From assembly GCF_009914755.1 (NCBI RefSeq), contig NC_060926.1: a DNA stretch of 64,000 nucleotides. One strand, written 5' to 3'. This document shows positions 13,545 to 26,250 of this stretch, one piece after another. Below the pieces are notes generated by a model. That model searched no databases and was not told the DNA's origin. It saw nothing but the letters and a program-made list of their open reading frames with translations. Every line of letters begins with the position of its first letter. Within the stretch, counting starts at the first letter, position 1. Position numbers and translations under genes: made by a program. The DNA is from the human T2T-CHM13v2.0 reference genome, Homo sapiens.

Positions 13545-14494
13545 GATTATGTGAATTTAAAGATAGAAGCAATCAGAGCTGAATATCAGAAGATGCCTGC
13601 ATTTCTCCATGAAGAACAGCAACATCACTTGCAGATGCTTCAAAAGGAGGACGAAGACAATTTTTAGCAACTCCATAAAAGCGATGCCAGAATGGCCCAT
13701 GAGAGGGAGATTTTAAAAGGAATGTATGAGGAGCTGAAGGAAAAGTCCCATAAACCAGATGTGGAGCTAATCCAGGTACTGACTGACCATGGGGTATCAG
13801 GATGTGGAACATTCATGTGCACAGGTGTTCTTCCTCTTTCCTGAAATGCCTTCTTCCCTGTATTTCCACGACTTCTTTCCAGAAACACATTTCCATAACT
13901 CATGCTACTTTGTGGGTAGAGTATAGCCCCTCCCAGGGATTTTACCAGAAAAAAAGGTCCCTCTTACTTTATCCACCAGCAACAAAACTTTGTGGAATGG
14001 TCAAGGTAACAGCCCTAATAAATATTCCCCATCTACGGTCAATAATATATTTGGCTTTTTGAACATTTATAAAATAGTGAGAAATTCATTTACATTAGGT
14101 CAGTTTGGAGACATGGCAAGACTGGGAGTTTGGGGAATCTAAATATTATTTTTCATCCATTCACTTTTATAATAGGGCCTAGGGAAGATGACTGGATAGG
14201 TTCTTCATGGTTACTGCAGAAGATAGACTCTGGGCCTTTTCTCCCTTCACTTGTATAAAGAATGTCTTCAAGACTCTGACTTCACTAGGACATTAATTCA
14301 TAACAATATGATAGACTATGTTTTTCATTAGAGAAGAAATATAAAATGCTTTCCAGAAGGGAAAATGGCAGGAAAATAATATTTTCAGAAACTGCCTCCA
14401 GATCTCACACTGAACTTAGTGGAAGATTCATCTTGTAGAAAGCACAAACCCTTTCTATTTTTTTTTTACAGGTGTTTGGAGACATATTACACAG
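13545..14494 (+). pseudogene. Two-exon remnant of a TRIM49/TRIM51-type gene
   Basis: 231-nt exon 13545-13775 (ctgcag|GATTAT...ATCCAG|gtact; DYVNLKIEAIRAEYQKMPAFLHEE...KPDVELIQ) with in-frame TAG at 13665-13667. 23-nt exon 14472-14494 (VFGDILH-R) with intact AG/GT. No RING or SPRY exon seen nearby. Confidence 0.88.
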
Positions 14495-15049
14495 GTGCAC
14501 GTGTACCTGGATTTTAGCAGGTGTTCTTTCAGTTTCCACAAATATCAAACAGGATCTACTAAAGCGAAGGCATACATGATCAAGATATTAATATTACTTT
14601 TTCCTGGTTCTACTTTTGCTCCCCCACCTTATGTAGTCATCTATTATGTCACCATACTCAGTGATTTTACTGGACAGATGCAAAGAAAGTATTGGGAAAA
14701 AAAAGGAGAAAAAGCAAACACCAATACATAAATAAATAAACAAAAGAAGAATGAAAGAAAACAAGCATCTCAATTTCTGATTTTTTTATACCTCCAAATC
14801 CTGGATAGGTGAAAGATAAAGTGTTGTTTCCTGGATGGTGGGAAAATCACCAGGGGAAGCAGCAGGAGAGAGAAGGGGAAACTATTTTAGAAGTGAGAAA
14901 GTGTGGATGATTTGTTGTTTACATTATATATATATACACACACACACACATATATATACACACACATACACATATATATAATCAGTTGATGCTCTGAAAA
15001 ATAGATTAAACAAACTGTAAAGGGTTAGAAGCCTGTAAGCCTCTAGAGA

Positions 15050-15447
15050 AGTCTGGCACTAAAGAAGAAGAGCACACTGACAGGCACCAGCAGATGCTGG
15101 CAGCCATTAATGGTAGAATGACATGGAAATCAGCTGAGAGCTCTTGGAGGCGAGCCCTGCTGCTGAGACGTTTTACTGCAGGGGAACACCACCTTCCCAC
15201 TCCATCCCCCTTCTGGCACACCATTTATCTGCTGAAAGCTGCTTTCACCAACCAATAAATCTTGCACTCATTCTCCAAGCCCACATATGATCCGAGTTCT
15301 CTGGTACACTCAGGCAACAACCCCAGGATACAGAAAGCCCTCTGTCCTTGCAAAAAGGCAGAGGGTCTAATTGAGCTGGTTAACACCAGCCAGCTGTGGA
15401 AAGGTAAGCTAAAAGAGCACAATGAAACACAAGCCCACTGGTGCTTT
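15050..15447 (+). mobile_element. LTR1-family (ERV1) LTR fragment
   Basis: AATAAATCTTGCACTCATTCTCCAAGCCCAC...GATACAGAAAGCCCTCTGTCCTTGC...GAGGGTCTAATTGAGCTGGTTAACAC resembles LTR1 as recalled. Confidence 0.72.
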
Positions 15448-15879
15448 TCTTTTCTAATAGTATAAAATCTAAAACTTAAAGAAATGTCAGTTTTATTTAC
15501 GACTACACTCCAGGAAATAATAACAATCAGTTAATATAACGTCTAGGACATAATGGAAATGTAACAAATATTTGAATAATTAAATTTAAAAATGCATAAG
15601 AGAGATTTGAAAACTTTGATGTTAAAGATAGGAGCATTAATTTAATGGTTTGCGTTTTTTAGGATTTTAGGTTGATGTGAAAACCAATTAAATTCTAGAA
15701 GCTTATTTTAAACCTCATCCATTTTTCATCTTTTTAGAAAGATTCCTGTTTGTTGGGATGCAGGGAGTATAGAGAGTGTATTAGCACAGAAGCCTAATGT
15801 GTGGGTGTGTGATAAAGTCATGGCAGTTATTCATTATTCATTTTATTTATATATATTTGGATAGAGAGATAGACTGAAT

Positions 15880-16005
15880 TTTTAAAATGGAGATAGGGTC
15901 TCACTATGTTCCCCAGGCTGAACTCATACTCCTGGGCTCAAGGGATGCTCCTCCCTCAGCCTATGGAGTAGTCAGGAATATAGGAGCTGGCCACCATTCC
16001 TGGCA
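15880..16005 (-). mobile_element. FLAM/Alu monomer
   Basis: GAGATAGGGTCTCACTATGTTCCCCAGGCTG...CTCCTGGGCTCAAG. Confidence 0.75.
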
Positions 16006-16339
16006 GTTTGTTTCATTTTAATTTAATTTGAGGTCATCCCCCAGGCCATAAGAGAAGAGATGGGAGAATAGAAGAACAAAATGTAGACATATACTCCCTT
16101 CTTTCTATTCTCATTTCACCATCATACAATATCCCCTTGGTTTTTGTTTTAATAATTGTTCTGCCACAGTTAATTACACATTCACTAGTGTGTTTCCACT
16201 ATCAAACGTACTTCTTCGGTATACTGTGGAAATTAACAAATGCTTGTTAACAGAAAAAAAACAAAACCTAAAGCTTGGTCAACATCACTGTCTTCCATAC
16301 CGGGGAATGAGTGTTGCTGTGGGGTCTTGAACAAGTCTC

Positions 16340-16820
16340 CTCAAGGTAGGAGGCTAAACTTGACTTTCGAGGTAGGGCTCAGACACCAAACCAAGTTGAG
16401 GTTAGCTAAAACAGGGACCAGGCAGAAGCAGCTTTCCAAAAGACACGCCCACCAGTGTGCCAGAGCAGGTTACCATTGCCATGGCAACACCCAGGAGTTA
16501 TCACCCATTCCATGGCAATGACTTGACATCCCAAATTACCCTTTCTCTAGAAATTTCTGCATAAACCCCTTAGTCTACATGCTATTAAAAGTAGGTGTAA
16601 CCATGACTGCAAAACTGCTGTGAGCTGCTAATCTCTGCCCATGGAGTAGCCCTGCTCTGTGGGAGCAGCCACAAAGCTGTAACATCACCAGAGCTGAAAC
16701 GCTACTGCTTCAATAAAGCTGTTTACCTCTACCTTTGGCTTGCCCTTGAATCCTTTCCTGGGCAAAGTCAAGGACTCTCAAAGGTTAAGCCCCATTTTGA
16801 GGCTCAGCTTCCCTGCATTG
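16340..16820 (+). mobile_element. MER41-family solo LTR
   Basis: TAGCTAAAACAGGG...AGACACGCCCACCAGTGTGCC...TACCATTGCCATGGCAACACCC...AATAAAGCTG...CCCTGCA. Confidence 0.78.
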
Positions 16821-17128
16821 AGCTTAACTCACTTTGCCAAAGTGTTGTCAATTATCAAGCCTAGTGATGAGAGCTTACAAAGCTTACATTTATTGAGAAC
16901 TTATCATGTGGTACGCATGTGTTTTAAATGCTTCAAATATAAAAACCTCTATAATCCAATATTTACAATAAAAAACTGAACTGTGGGAAATTTAACAGAT
17001 CTGAACTAAGGCAACTAGTCTCCCACATCTGTACTCTTCATTTTGCAGTGTGTTGCCGTCTCCAGTGAAATGTGGGTAATAGACCAACATTCCAACGACC
17101 ACTGGTTGAGAGTCAGGTCACATCATGC

Positions 17129-18247
17129 TGTATCCAGAATTGGTGGGTTCTCGGTCTCGCTGATTTCAAGAACGAAGCCACGGCCCCTGGCGGTGAGTGT
17201 TACAGTTCTTAAAGACAGTATGTCAAGAGTTTGTTCCTTCAGATGTTCAAATGTGTACAGAGCTTCTTCCTTCTGGTGGGTTCGTGGTCTCATTGACTTC
17301 AGGAGTGAAGCTGCAGACCTTGAGGTGAGTGTTATAGCTCATAAACACGGGGTGGACCCAAACAGTGAACAGCAGCAAGATTTATTTTAAATAACAAAAA
17401 GAACAATGCTTCCACAGTGTAACAGTGTGGTAAGGGACTCTAGTAGGTTGCGCCTGCTGGCGCAGGTGGCCTGCTTTTATTCCTTCTCTGGCCACACCCA
17501 CGTCCTGCTGATTGGTCCATTTTGCAGAGAGCTGATTGGTCCATTTTACAGAGAGTTGATTGGTCTATTTTGACAGAGTGCTGATTGGAGTTTTTACACT
17601 CCCTTAGCTAGACAGAAAAGTTCTCTGTGTCCCCACCTGATTAGCTAGACACAGAGCCCTGATTGGTGTGTTTACAAACCTTTAGCTAGACACAGAGTGC
17701 TGATTGGTGCGTCTACAATCCTTTAGCTAGACAGAAAAGTTCTCCAAGTCCCCACCCATCCCAGAAGCCCAACTGGCTTCACCTCTCACTGGCACTTGCC
17801 GCTGGACTTTGTGGCACCTAGCCCGGGCACTCTGGCATCCCAGAGGGATCTCGTCCCAGACAATCTAGAGGAAAAGAGGGGAAGCGAGAAAGAGACAGAG
17901 ACCTACTAACGTGGCTAACGATCCCGCGAAAAGGGAACAGGGGTCCCACGCACGGGATTGAGCCTCCTATCAAGCCCAGCAGGCTCCGACGGGCTGCGCT
18001 GAGTGCGGGACTTGCCGAACCCTCGCTAGCCCGCAAGAGATGCGTGCGGCCCAGGCTCCTGCTGGCGCGTCTCTCTTCACACTTCCCCTTCAGCAGAGGT
18101 AGCCAGCTCTGGCCTAGGCCAGCACCAGAGGGGTCCCTCATAGCGCAGCAGCAGGCTGAAGGGCTCCTGGAGCGCGGCCAGAGTAGACACCGAGGCTGAG
18201 GAGGCACCCAGAGCGAGCGAGGGCTGCTAGCATGTTGTCATTTCTCA
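17129..18247 (-). mobile_element. Full-length solo LTR12 (ERV9) element
   Basis: TG...CA termini; the + strand begins TGTATCCAGAATTGGTGGGTTCT, antisense of the LTR12 3' end. Tandem CTGATTGG/TAGCTAGACA repeats at 17505-17735 and a CpG-rich U3. 4-bp flanks ATGC/GTGC are a TSD with one mismatch. Confidence 0.92.
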
Positions 18248-18581
18248 GTGCCACTAAAGAGTTTATTATAATACCTAACACAATAAAAAATAAATATCTG
18301 CTGTAATATTAAAATATTAATAAAAATAATATTTACCACATAATTTACCACTTTCACTCCATCTCATCACTGAATAATCTATAACTTTACTGCAACAACA
18401 AGCCCAATCCACCTTCTCTTTCTTTCTCAGGAGATGACTTTGCATCTCATCTTGTCAATAAAATGGAGTTTATGTAATCTTTTACATTTAGGCTCAAAGC
18501 CATTTTTTTCATAACCTTAATAGCACCCTTCATCACCGCATTTCAACTGTTTACACAAAAACACAATTTAAAGTTTTTTAT

Positions 18582-18879
18582 GGCTTGGCATGGCAGCTCA
18601 TGCCTGTGATCCCAGCACTTTGGAAGGTCGTGGCAGGAAGATTGCTTGAGGTTTGAGACCAGCCTAGGCAATACAGCAACACCCCATCGCTACAAAATAT
18701 ATATGTATATATAAGCCATACGTGGTGGCTCACACCTGTAATCTTAGCTACTCACAAGGCTGAGATGGGAGGACCCCTTCAGTCTGGGAGTTTAAGGCTA
18801 AAATAAGCTAAGATTGCACCACAGTACTCCAGCCTGGGTGACAGAATGAGACCTCGTCTCAAAAAAAAAAAAAAAAAAA
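18582..18879 (+). mobile_element. AluJ element
   Basis: Dimer with poly(A) tail. Confidence 0.88.
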
Positions 18880-19101
18880 GTTGTATGTGAATATATGTTT
18901 ACAAAAATGCCTGCTTTGTTCTAGACATGGATTGTTGTGCTCTGGATATATGAAGTTCTTAATATTCTCCTTACATAAGAATAAAAGAATTAATATAAAC
19001 AAATATTTTTCTGTAATAGAATTAGGAAATTTTCCCAAAATATGGGTAGCATAATATGATAGAAAATATTAAAGGATAATGTCAAAAAACGTAAGAAGAT
19101 T

Positions 19102-19151
19102 AGTGTCAAGATTCACATGCTAATGAAGTGTCAAGATTCACATGCTAATGA
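19102..19151. repeat. Perfect 25-bp tandem duplication
   Basis: AGTGTCAAGATTCACATGCTAATGA x2 (19102-19126, 19127-19151). Confidence 0.95.
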
Positions 19152-19964
19152 ACTTTCATTATTTATATATTTGAAACAATTGTATCTTATTTTTATTCTA
19201 TAAGGTTGATTGTGAAATTTTCTGAGGATGGCCAACATGTACCAGGAAAATACGAAGATTCTTAGTGATAAGAAAATATAAAAAAGGACTTACAATGATG
19301 GAGACTGTCGGGAATTAAACTGACATACATATTAAGCTACTCACTAAGAATAAAATGATTTCCATCTCATTTACTGTAGAAATATACAAAACACACTTAC
19401 ATCATAAAGAGGAATACAGATGATAGAGAGTGCATATTTTTATAATAAATTGAGAAACCTATGTTAAAACAAAAAAAGGAAAGAAAATATCTTGGATTAT
19501 AAACAAGGGATCAATTATGACTAATATGTAAAGAATTTGTATCATCTGTAATTCATTCAGTCTCATAAACCTGAGGGTACATTTCTCACAGATACCCAGA
19601 ATCAGCAAAAACCTCTCATGGGATCAGTTAGGGCACAGGCTAATTTACTCTAATAAAGATCCCAATTTTAAGTAAATGGGGGCTATTTTTTACATCTACT
19701 TATCTAAATAGAGGAGGTAATCAAAAAAAAACGACTGTTACTTTCAACAACTGGATTTCATCTCTATTTGCAAGAAAGTGAAATTTGTTGCCATCTCCTG
19801 TTCAGCGAGAAAACTGAAAAAGCATCCTGAGCAAGAGGACCTGAATGTCAGGAAATGACGTGGTGCTTTCTACAATACTTCTGTTCCCATCCTCTTCCTT
19901 CAAGCTTAGGCATGCAGCACACTGAGCTGCCAGATGTATCTGGAAATGCTGAATACACATTAAA

Positions 19965-20157
19965 TGTTTATTTTTATTTCCTTTATTTTATTTATTTTTA
20001 TTTTATTTTATTTATTTTTTATTTTTGTTTTTATTTGCCAGAGACAAGGTCTTGCTATGTTGCCCATGATGGTCTCAAAGTCGTGAAATCTAGTAACCCT
20101 CCTACCTCAATCGCCCAAAGCATCGGGATTAGAGGCATGTGACACTGTGTCTGGCCT
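19965..20157 (-). mobile_element. FLAM/Alu monomer with (TTTTA)n tail
   Basis: GAGACAAGGTCTTGCTATGTTGCCCA...CCCAAAGCATCGGGATTAGAGGCATG. Confidence 0.75.
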
Positions 20158-21321
20158 TTTCTTTATCTTTTTTTTTTCTTTGATTTAGAAGAAAAAAAAA
20201 ATTCAATGACAGACAGAGCAGAAGAAATACCCAGAGCTTGTGTTCAATGAAAATCAGGTGATCCTTTACTAAAGAGTTGCTTTTAGTTCGAACCGGGAAT
20301 GAGTATTCAGGAATAAGTAAACTCTGCTTTTCACCACTGTCGAGGTGTCCAGTGTTTCCCCATTCAGCAACTGGCTAACTGAGGATCATATGGCAAGAAG
20401 GATCTTATGTGTCTTTTAATCTCTTAAATTGGTGGCTAAATCAAGGTGATTATCCAAATTATGAAAATACTTATCAGCAATGCTTCCTTATTCTTTCTGT
20501 CTGTACTACCTAGACTGCTTAGTTAACTTTCTCTCTTCTCCTCCTACACATGTTTTGTAGCACTTTACTCGGCAACAGGAAAATTCTATCACCTTCTGAA
20601 ATTTGTGTCTCTCCAAGTGATCTCACATTGTGGAATTTTACCTTCTGGGCTTTCAACCCAATTTTCCTTTCTGTTTCCACCTAAAGTTCCTGAGCATTCT
20701 CTATTGACACTAAAATTTCCATAAGCAGCAGCCATTACACTCTCAATTACCTTGTTACCAATTTTGTTTGTCATTTATTCAAAGAAAATTTTGTAGCTAA
20801 TCTTATTTAGCTTAGATTTACTTGTACATACAGGTGGTATTAGCCACTAAGGACATTTAAGATATAGGTTGGTAAATTTTCTCAGCCATTAAACCAAAAA
20901 TTTATTACATTCTTCTGTTTTGATAACTTCTATTATAATTATTATCACCTGGGACATTCCTAAAATTCAGAAATAAAATTAAGGTAAGACACTGGGAACC
21001 TTGCCAGTTATATCAGAAACCTAAGATTCCTTCTCACCTCGTGAAGAGGTTATTGATCCATTTGCCTTGTCACATTTTGGGGGGCAGAAGTAAAATTCTT
21101 CATAGAAATAAAATTAAAAACTGATGTGGAAACATAGTATGTGTGTAGTTCAAACCAGAGAAGTGATATGAAATTTAAGGAAGAGTATACAAAATGCGAA
21201 GAGATCACAGTCTATGATGAAATTCTGGGAAAGCCGTAGCATAAAGATCACATCAAGGAATATGAGCCCAGGAAGGAACTAAGATGTGTTAACCATATAC
21301 TTAAAAAAAGAAAATTACATG

Positions 21322-21590
21322 TTGGGAGGCTGAGGCGGGCAGATAACTTGAGGTCAGGAGTTCGAGACGAGCCTGGGCAACATAGTGAAACCCTGTCTCT
21401 ACCAAAATTACGACAATTAGCCAGACATGGTGGTGGGCATCTGTAATCCCAGCTACTTGAGACACGGGGCTGGAGACTTGCTTGAACCCAGAAGGTGCAG
21501 GCTGCAGTGAGCTGAGATTATGCCACTGCACTTCACCCTGGGTGCCAGAGTACGACTCTGTCTCAAAAGAAAAGAAAAGAAAAGAAAGGA
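21322..21590 (+). mobile_element. Alu element, 5'-truncated
   Basis: TGGGAGGCTGAGGCGGGCAGATAACTTGAGGTCAGGAG...A-rich tail. Confidence 0.88.
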
Positions 21591-21886
21591 AAGTTGTTTG
21601 TGGCAAAATAAAGCAAATGCATAATAGTAGCATACATAGAGTTCTTGTCTTGTGTTCTCAATTTAGCCAGCATAATTTAATTTATCATTTCAACTAACTA
21701 TAGCTGTTGATGCTGCAGACTCAGAGAGGAATGTCTACCCAGGTGTCCTCCCGTGAGCTTTCCTCTGACTCATTGCTAGTAACCAAAAATTCAAGATTAT
21801 GTAAAATAAAGTTACTGTTATTAGACAATAAAAATTCTACTGCCTTCAAATCAGAAAATGTTATTTCTGTTCTCAGTTCAACTCCT

Positions 21887-21887
<1 letters not shown>

Positions 21888-21935
<48 letters not shown>
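21888..21935. repeat. (TG)n microsatellite
   Basis: Direct reading. Confidence 0.95.
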
Positions 21936-21938
<3 letters not shown>

Positions 21939-24254
21939 TTTGGCCAGATTTTCTCATATCTCTTCAGGTTTTCTCATTGTATATTTGAAGATATGAAAAG
22001 ACAAAATTTTTGCAAATTTAGCTAAATGATCAAATTGGCTTCTATCTGTGATTCAAAAATAAGAAAATATCTCATCCAAAAATAGAGAGTTTCTGTGCTG
22101 GGTATGGGACAAGAGCCAGTTTCTGTAAGGTTTCTTGAACAGGAACAAAGAAACAAAATAATACAACAAACGAAATGGTTAACATCAGGTTACTCTTCTT
22201 GCATAGATGAAAGAATAGAGGACTTCCTTATCATGCTGGCTAAAGCTGGCCTGTTTTGGCATTTGGCTATTATGCATCCGTCCTGATTTTTTACTAAGTC
22301 AGGTAAACAATGTAATTAAAAACTCAGGGATGCAGAACTTTAGCATGAATAGCTGCATTTTGATTTGGTCTGTTGGGGCACAGTCCAAATAAATGGAATT
22401 TTTAAAAATTTGAATTAACAGAATGTTTTTACATTTATCTCATATTTCTATAGTATTTTAGGATTTAATTTTCTATCCTTGATACTCATCTGAGGTTTCC
22501 TTAAAATGTCTGAGGACAGTCACCTAATACATACTGGAATTTTATACTTCTAACCTTTCTAACTTTTAGGAATACACATGAGCTTATTTTATAGGGGGAG
22601 CTTAAATTCATTACTTTATTACTTGAAAATTTCAGAAAGAAAATATCTTTCTTTCTGAATTTTCTGGGAAGTAGGCAGAATAATCTGGGAGATAGGCAGA
22701 AAATCTAGAGACAACTGAGAGAAGAGGGCAATATAATCACAATGTGGAAAAGAGATCAGTGGCAATTTTTTCTTTTAATCCAATCTTGGAAACAGATCAT
22801 TTATTCACTCACCCATTCTTTAATCCCAGCCACTTGGAATTCCCTTGTGAGTCTCTTCCCTCACCTGTAGTTTATTTCCAAACATATTCGGGAAACATGC
22901 ACAGAGAACACTACATTACCCTAATCCTATTAATAAAACAATCACTTTAATAGGAAGGAAGAAGCCTGTACGAATCAAAAAGGATGATCAAGACAAATTT
23001 CTGTGATTTTTTTTTGTAGCATCGTGCATGGAGGATCCACATGGTTTCCACAGAGCTGGAGTCATTCAGGGAAGCTTCTTATATCGAGAGTGGTCCAGAA
23101 GAATTCTACCAAAGATTTAAGAAGTGTTTTTCTACAACTCATATCTTCATAAGTATGAAGGGTAAAGATTCTCAGAATACAGTTCATGGATATCTGATTC
23201 TTAACAGGTAAGACAGATACTGTCCAAGAGCATTTCCAACAGGATAATATTGAGTAGTGTATCCTTCCATGCACCTGGAAAGCCAGGAATTAGAGAAAAG
23301 TATGAAGATGAGAAAGCAGTGTCATCTGCTATTGTTGCAGTGATGGTACAAGCTCCAGCTTACCAAACTATCAGTGGGCAGCATACTGCCATTACTCAGT
23401 GAGGAGCTTTAGAACTAACTAGTAATGATACTCTTGGTGCACAAGGACTGCAGAAAAGATAACGGATTAGAGGAGCCACTCTATTGCTGGTGACGTACAC
23501 AGTGCACTATCTAGAGACCACTGATGGGCAGAGAATGCTAGCAGCCAGTAACCAGGTTGTGGTACCAGCTGTCACAGAAAATGTGCCATCATCCCAGATT
23601 GGCATCCTCTATCAGCATTGTGCCTGGAGCGGGTAGGGCATCTTTCCCAGGTCCAACTGCTCAGCTTTTCAAAAGGCAGTGGAGAAGAGAGAGAGGCTGG
23701 CCCAAAAAGAAACAATGAAGCATCATGAGAATATTGTAGAAAGTATAAGGAAAATGGGAACAATTTAGAAAAGAAAATGCAGAACTTGGAAAAGCAAACA
23801 ACTCTTTCATTAAGGACATAAATTCACTTAAGAGGTTTGTTACGGAAAAAAATAAAATAGATTGTGTTTCAATGTATTTGTTGTGTTTATTTGCATGGCA
23901 AGTTTCCTGACATTAGCTTTATTGAAAGAGCTATTTGTTCTGAAGAAAAGCAGCAGGAGTATCTCAGATTAGTACTGAAAAAGCAAGGATACCATAAGGA
24001 AGAGTTTGGACTATAATAGGAGCTTCACTTGAATGCTGAGTTATAAAATCTGGTCAGGTAGTGGTGTGCAAGATGTTCTATAGGCAGAAAGAGGCAACGG
24101 CTAAGAGAGTAGAATAATTTCCATGGAAAGGAGCCTTGGTTGTTAGTCTAGGATACAAGTAACAGACAGAGAGATGGAAGGAAAAACAATATAGGAACAT
24201 CTCTAGCCAAATATTTCAGGTATTACCATCTTATCCCTCAAAAGTACTTATCTA

Positions 24255-24575
24255 GGCCAGGCGCGGTGGCTCACGCCTGTAATCCCAGCACATTGAAAGG
24301 CTGAGAGCGGCAGATCACCTGAGGTCATCAGTTCAAGACCAGCCTGGCCAACTGGTGAAACCCCGTCTCTACTAGAAATAAAAATAAAAAATTAGCCGGG
24401 CGTGTTGGTGGGTGCCTGTAATCTCAGCCAATTGGGAGGCTAAGGCAGGAGAATTGCTTGAACCGAGGTGGCGGAGGTTGCAGCGAGCCGAGATCGTGCC
24501 AGGGCACTCCAGCCTGGGGAACAGGGCAAGAGTCCATCTCACAAGCAAACAAACAAACAAACAAACGAAAAACCA
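24255..24575 (+). mobile_element. AluS element
   Basis: Full dimer with (CAAA)n tail; ACTTATCTA on both flanks. Confidence 0.93.
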
Positions 24576-25938
24576 ACTTATCTAATGCGGTCCCATCTTC
24601 TCCAACCCAGAGAGTGTGAGGCGTGGATTCCTTATTTGGTCCTAAGCATTTGGCTGCATGGCTGAGACAGCTCTTCCTCTCAGTTGTGCTCTATGTCCTT
24701 GTTTCTCTGCTGTGATATCAATTGTGGGTGTCAGTTTGAGTGCGGACTTTCATGATTGACACGGGTGGCACTTTGTGGTATGTGTGACGGCAGATCCTCA
24801 TCAGGACACAGATTCAGAGTTAGTTTCTCAGAAAATGAAGATCTCAGAGGGAAGAGCTGTGCCTAAACTAGCCCCGTAAAATTTGAGAATCAGTCAATTA
24901 CTCTGCAGAAAAAGAAACACGCCTAAAATTTCACATGGAATTGTCTTCATTGACAAGTGTCTTGCCATATTTTAGTTTAGAAACTGTACATATGAGTAGG
25001 TGACTATGAAGTAATGGCAACAGTAACAACAAGTTGATAGTATTCCTAAATATAGAAAACAGCATTTTGCCTTTGTGGAAATAGGAGAGAGGACATTTGC
25101 ACAGAGGAGCGCCAGGCACCATCGGATGAGGGATGGGTACCAAGACTGGAAATGGTTACAAGGAAATATATAAATAGCAATAGATGATAACCACTTTTAA
25201 TTTAATTTATTTACCAATCCCCCAATTTAGTGAGGTGTACTTTGTATGTAAGATCTAGTTTTGTGATTCTTATTGTTGAAATCAAAGAAAGTAAATGGTT
25301 TTGTATCTGAATTGATGAAAACTCCAGCAGTTGCAGCTAACTTGAGATTGGTGAGAATATCCAGAACCTGAACTGATTCTGTTAAAGCAGGAGGTCATAT
25401 TGGAGAGGTCACTATAGACTCTGTATACAATCTGGATGGATGTTTTGGGGTCAAATTTTGTATTTCTCAAAAAGCAAAGTGGCCTCAATTAACATCAGAG
25501 GATCTGAACATATCTGCTCTGTTTTTGTCCTGTGTGAGATGTTGTGAAGTGGAACAAGGAAGAAAGAAAGAGCACAGCCATGAGCTACCATGGTAAGTAG
25601 CGGCCCTGAAACCAGAGTTCTCCAGCACAGGGCTGGTCCTCAACAATGAAATACTAGCTGATACTGGGTGTCTAATTTGCAAGAAGAAGACCAACATACA
25701 AAGAAAGAGCCTTTTTACTAAGCATTAGGGGTTATGACAGAAATAAAATTTTTTCTAGAAATGATGAGACAGAAGCTAACCACCAAAATTACTCATGCAG
25801 GGAATATTGCCATAATAACCAACGAATGCATGTTTTACATGTTGGGAAGAGTTTTCTTAGGACTTCTTAATTTTCTTAGGACTAGCACCAGAAAAAAGCA
25901 AAAACATCTGGAAAAGACTGAATAAAAATTCCTTTCAA

Positions 25939-26250
25939 GGCCAGACATAGTGCCTTATGCCTTTAATCCCAGCACTTTGGGAGGCTGAGGTAGGAGGAAG
26001 GCTTGAATCCAGGAGTTCAAGATGAGCCTGGACAACACTGAGATACTCCATTTCTATAAAAATGTTTTTTTAAAAAATTAGCCAGGCATGGTGGCACACA
26101 TCTTTGGTTCCAGCTACTTAGGAGGCTGAGGCGGGAGGATCACTTGAGCCCAGGAGTTTGATGCTGCAGTGAACCATGATTGTTCCACTGCATTCCATTC
26201 TGGGCAACAGAGCTAGAGCTTTTCTCAACACCAACTAACAAACAAAAAAA
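25939..26250 (+). mobile_element. AluJ element
   Basis: Diverged dimer. Confidence 0.88.

Noticed and set aside
17043-18207. 115-aa and 129-aa ORFs
   Set aside because: Lie almost entirely within the LTR12 element.
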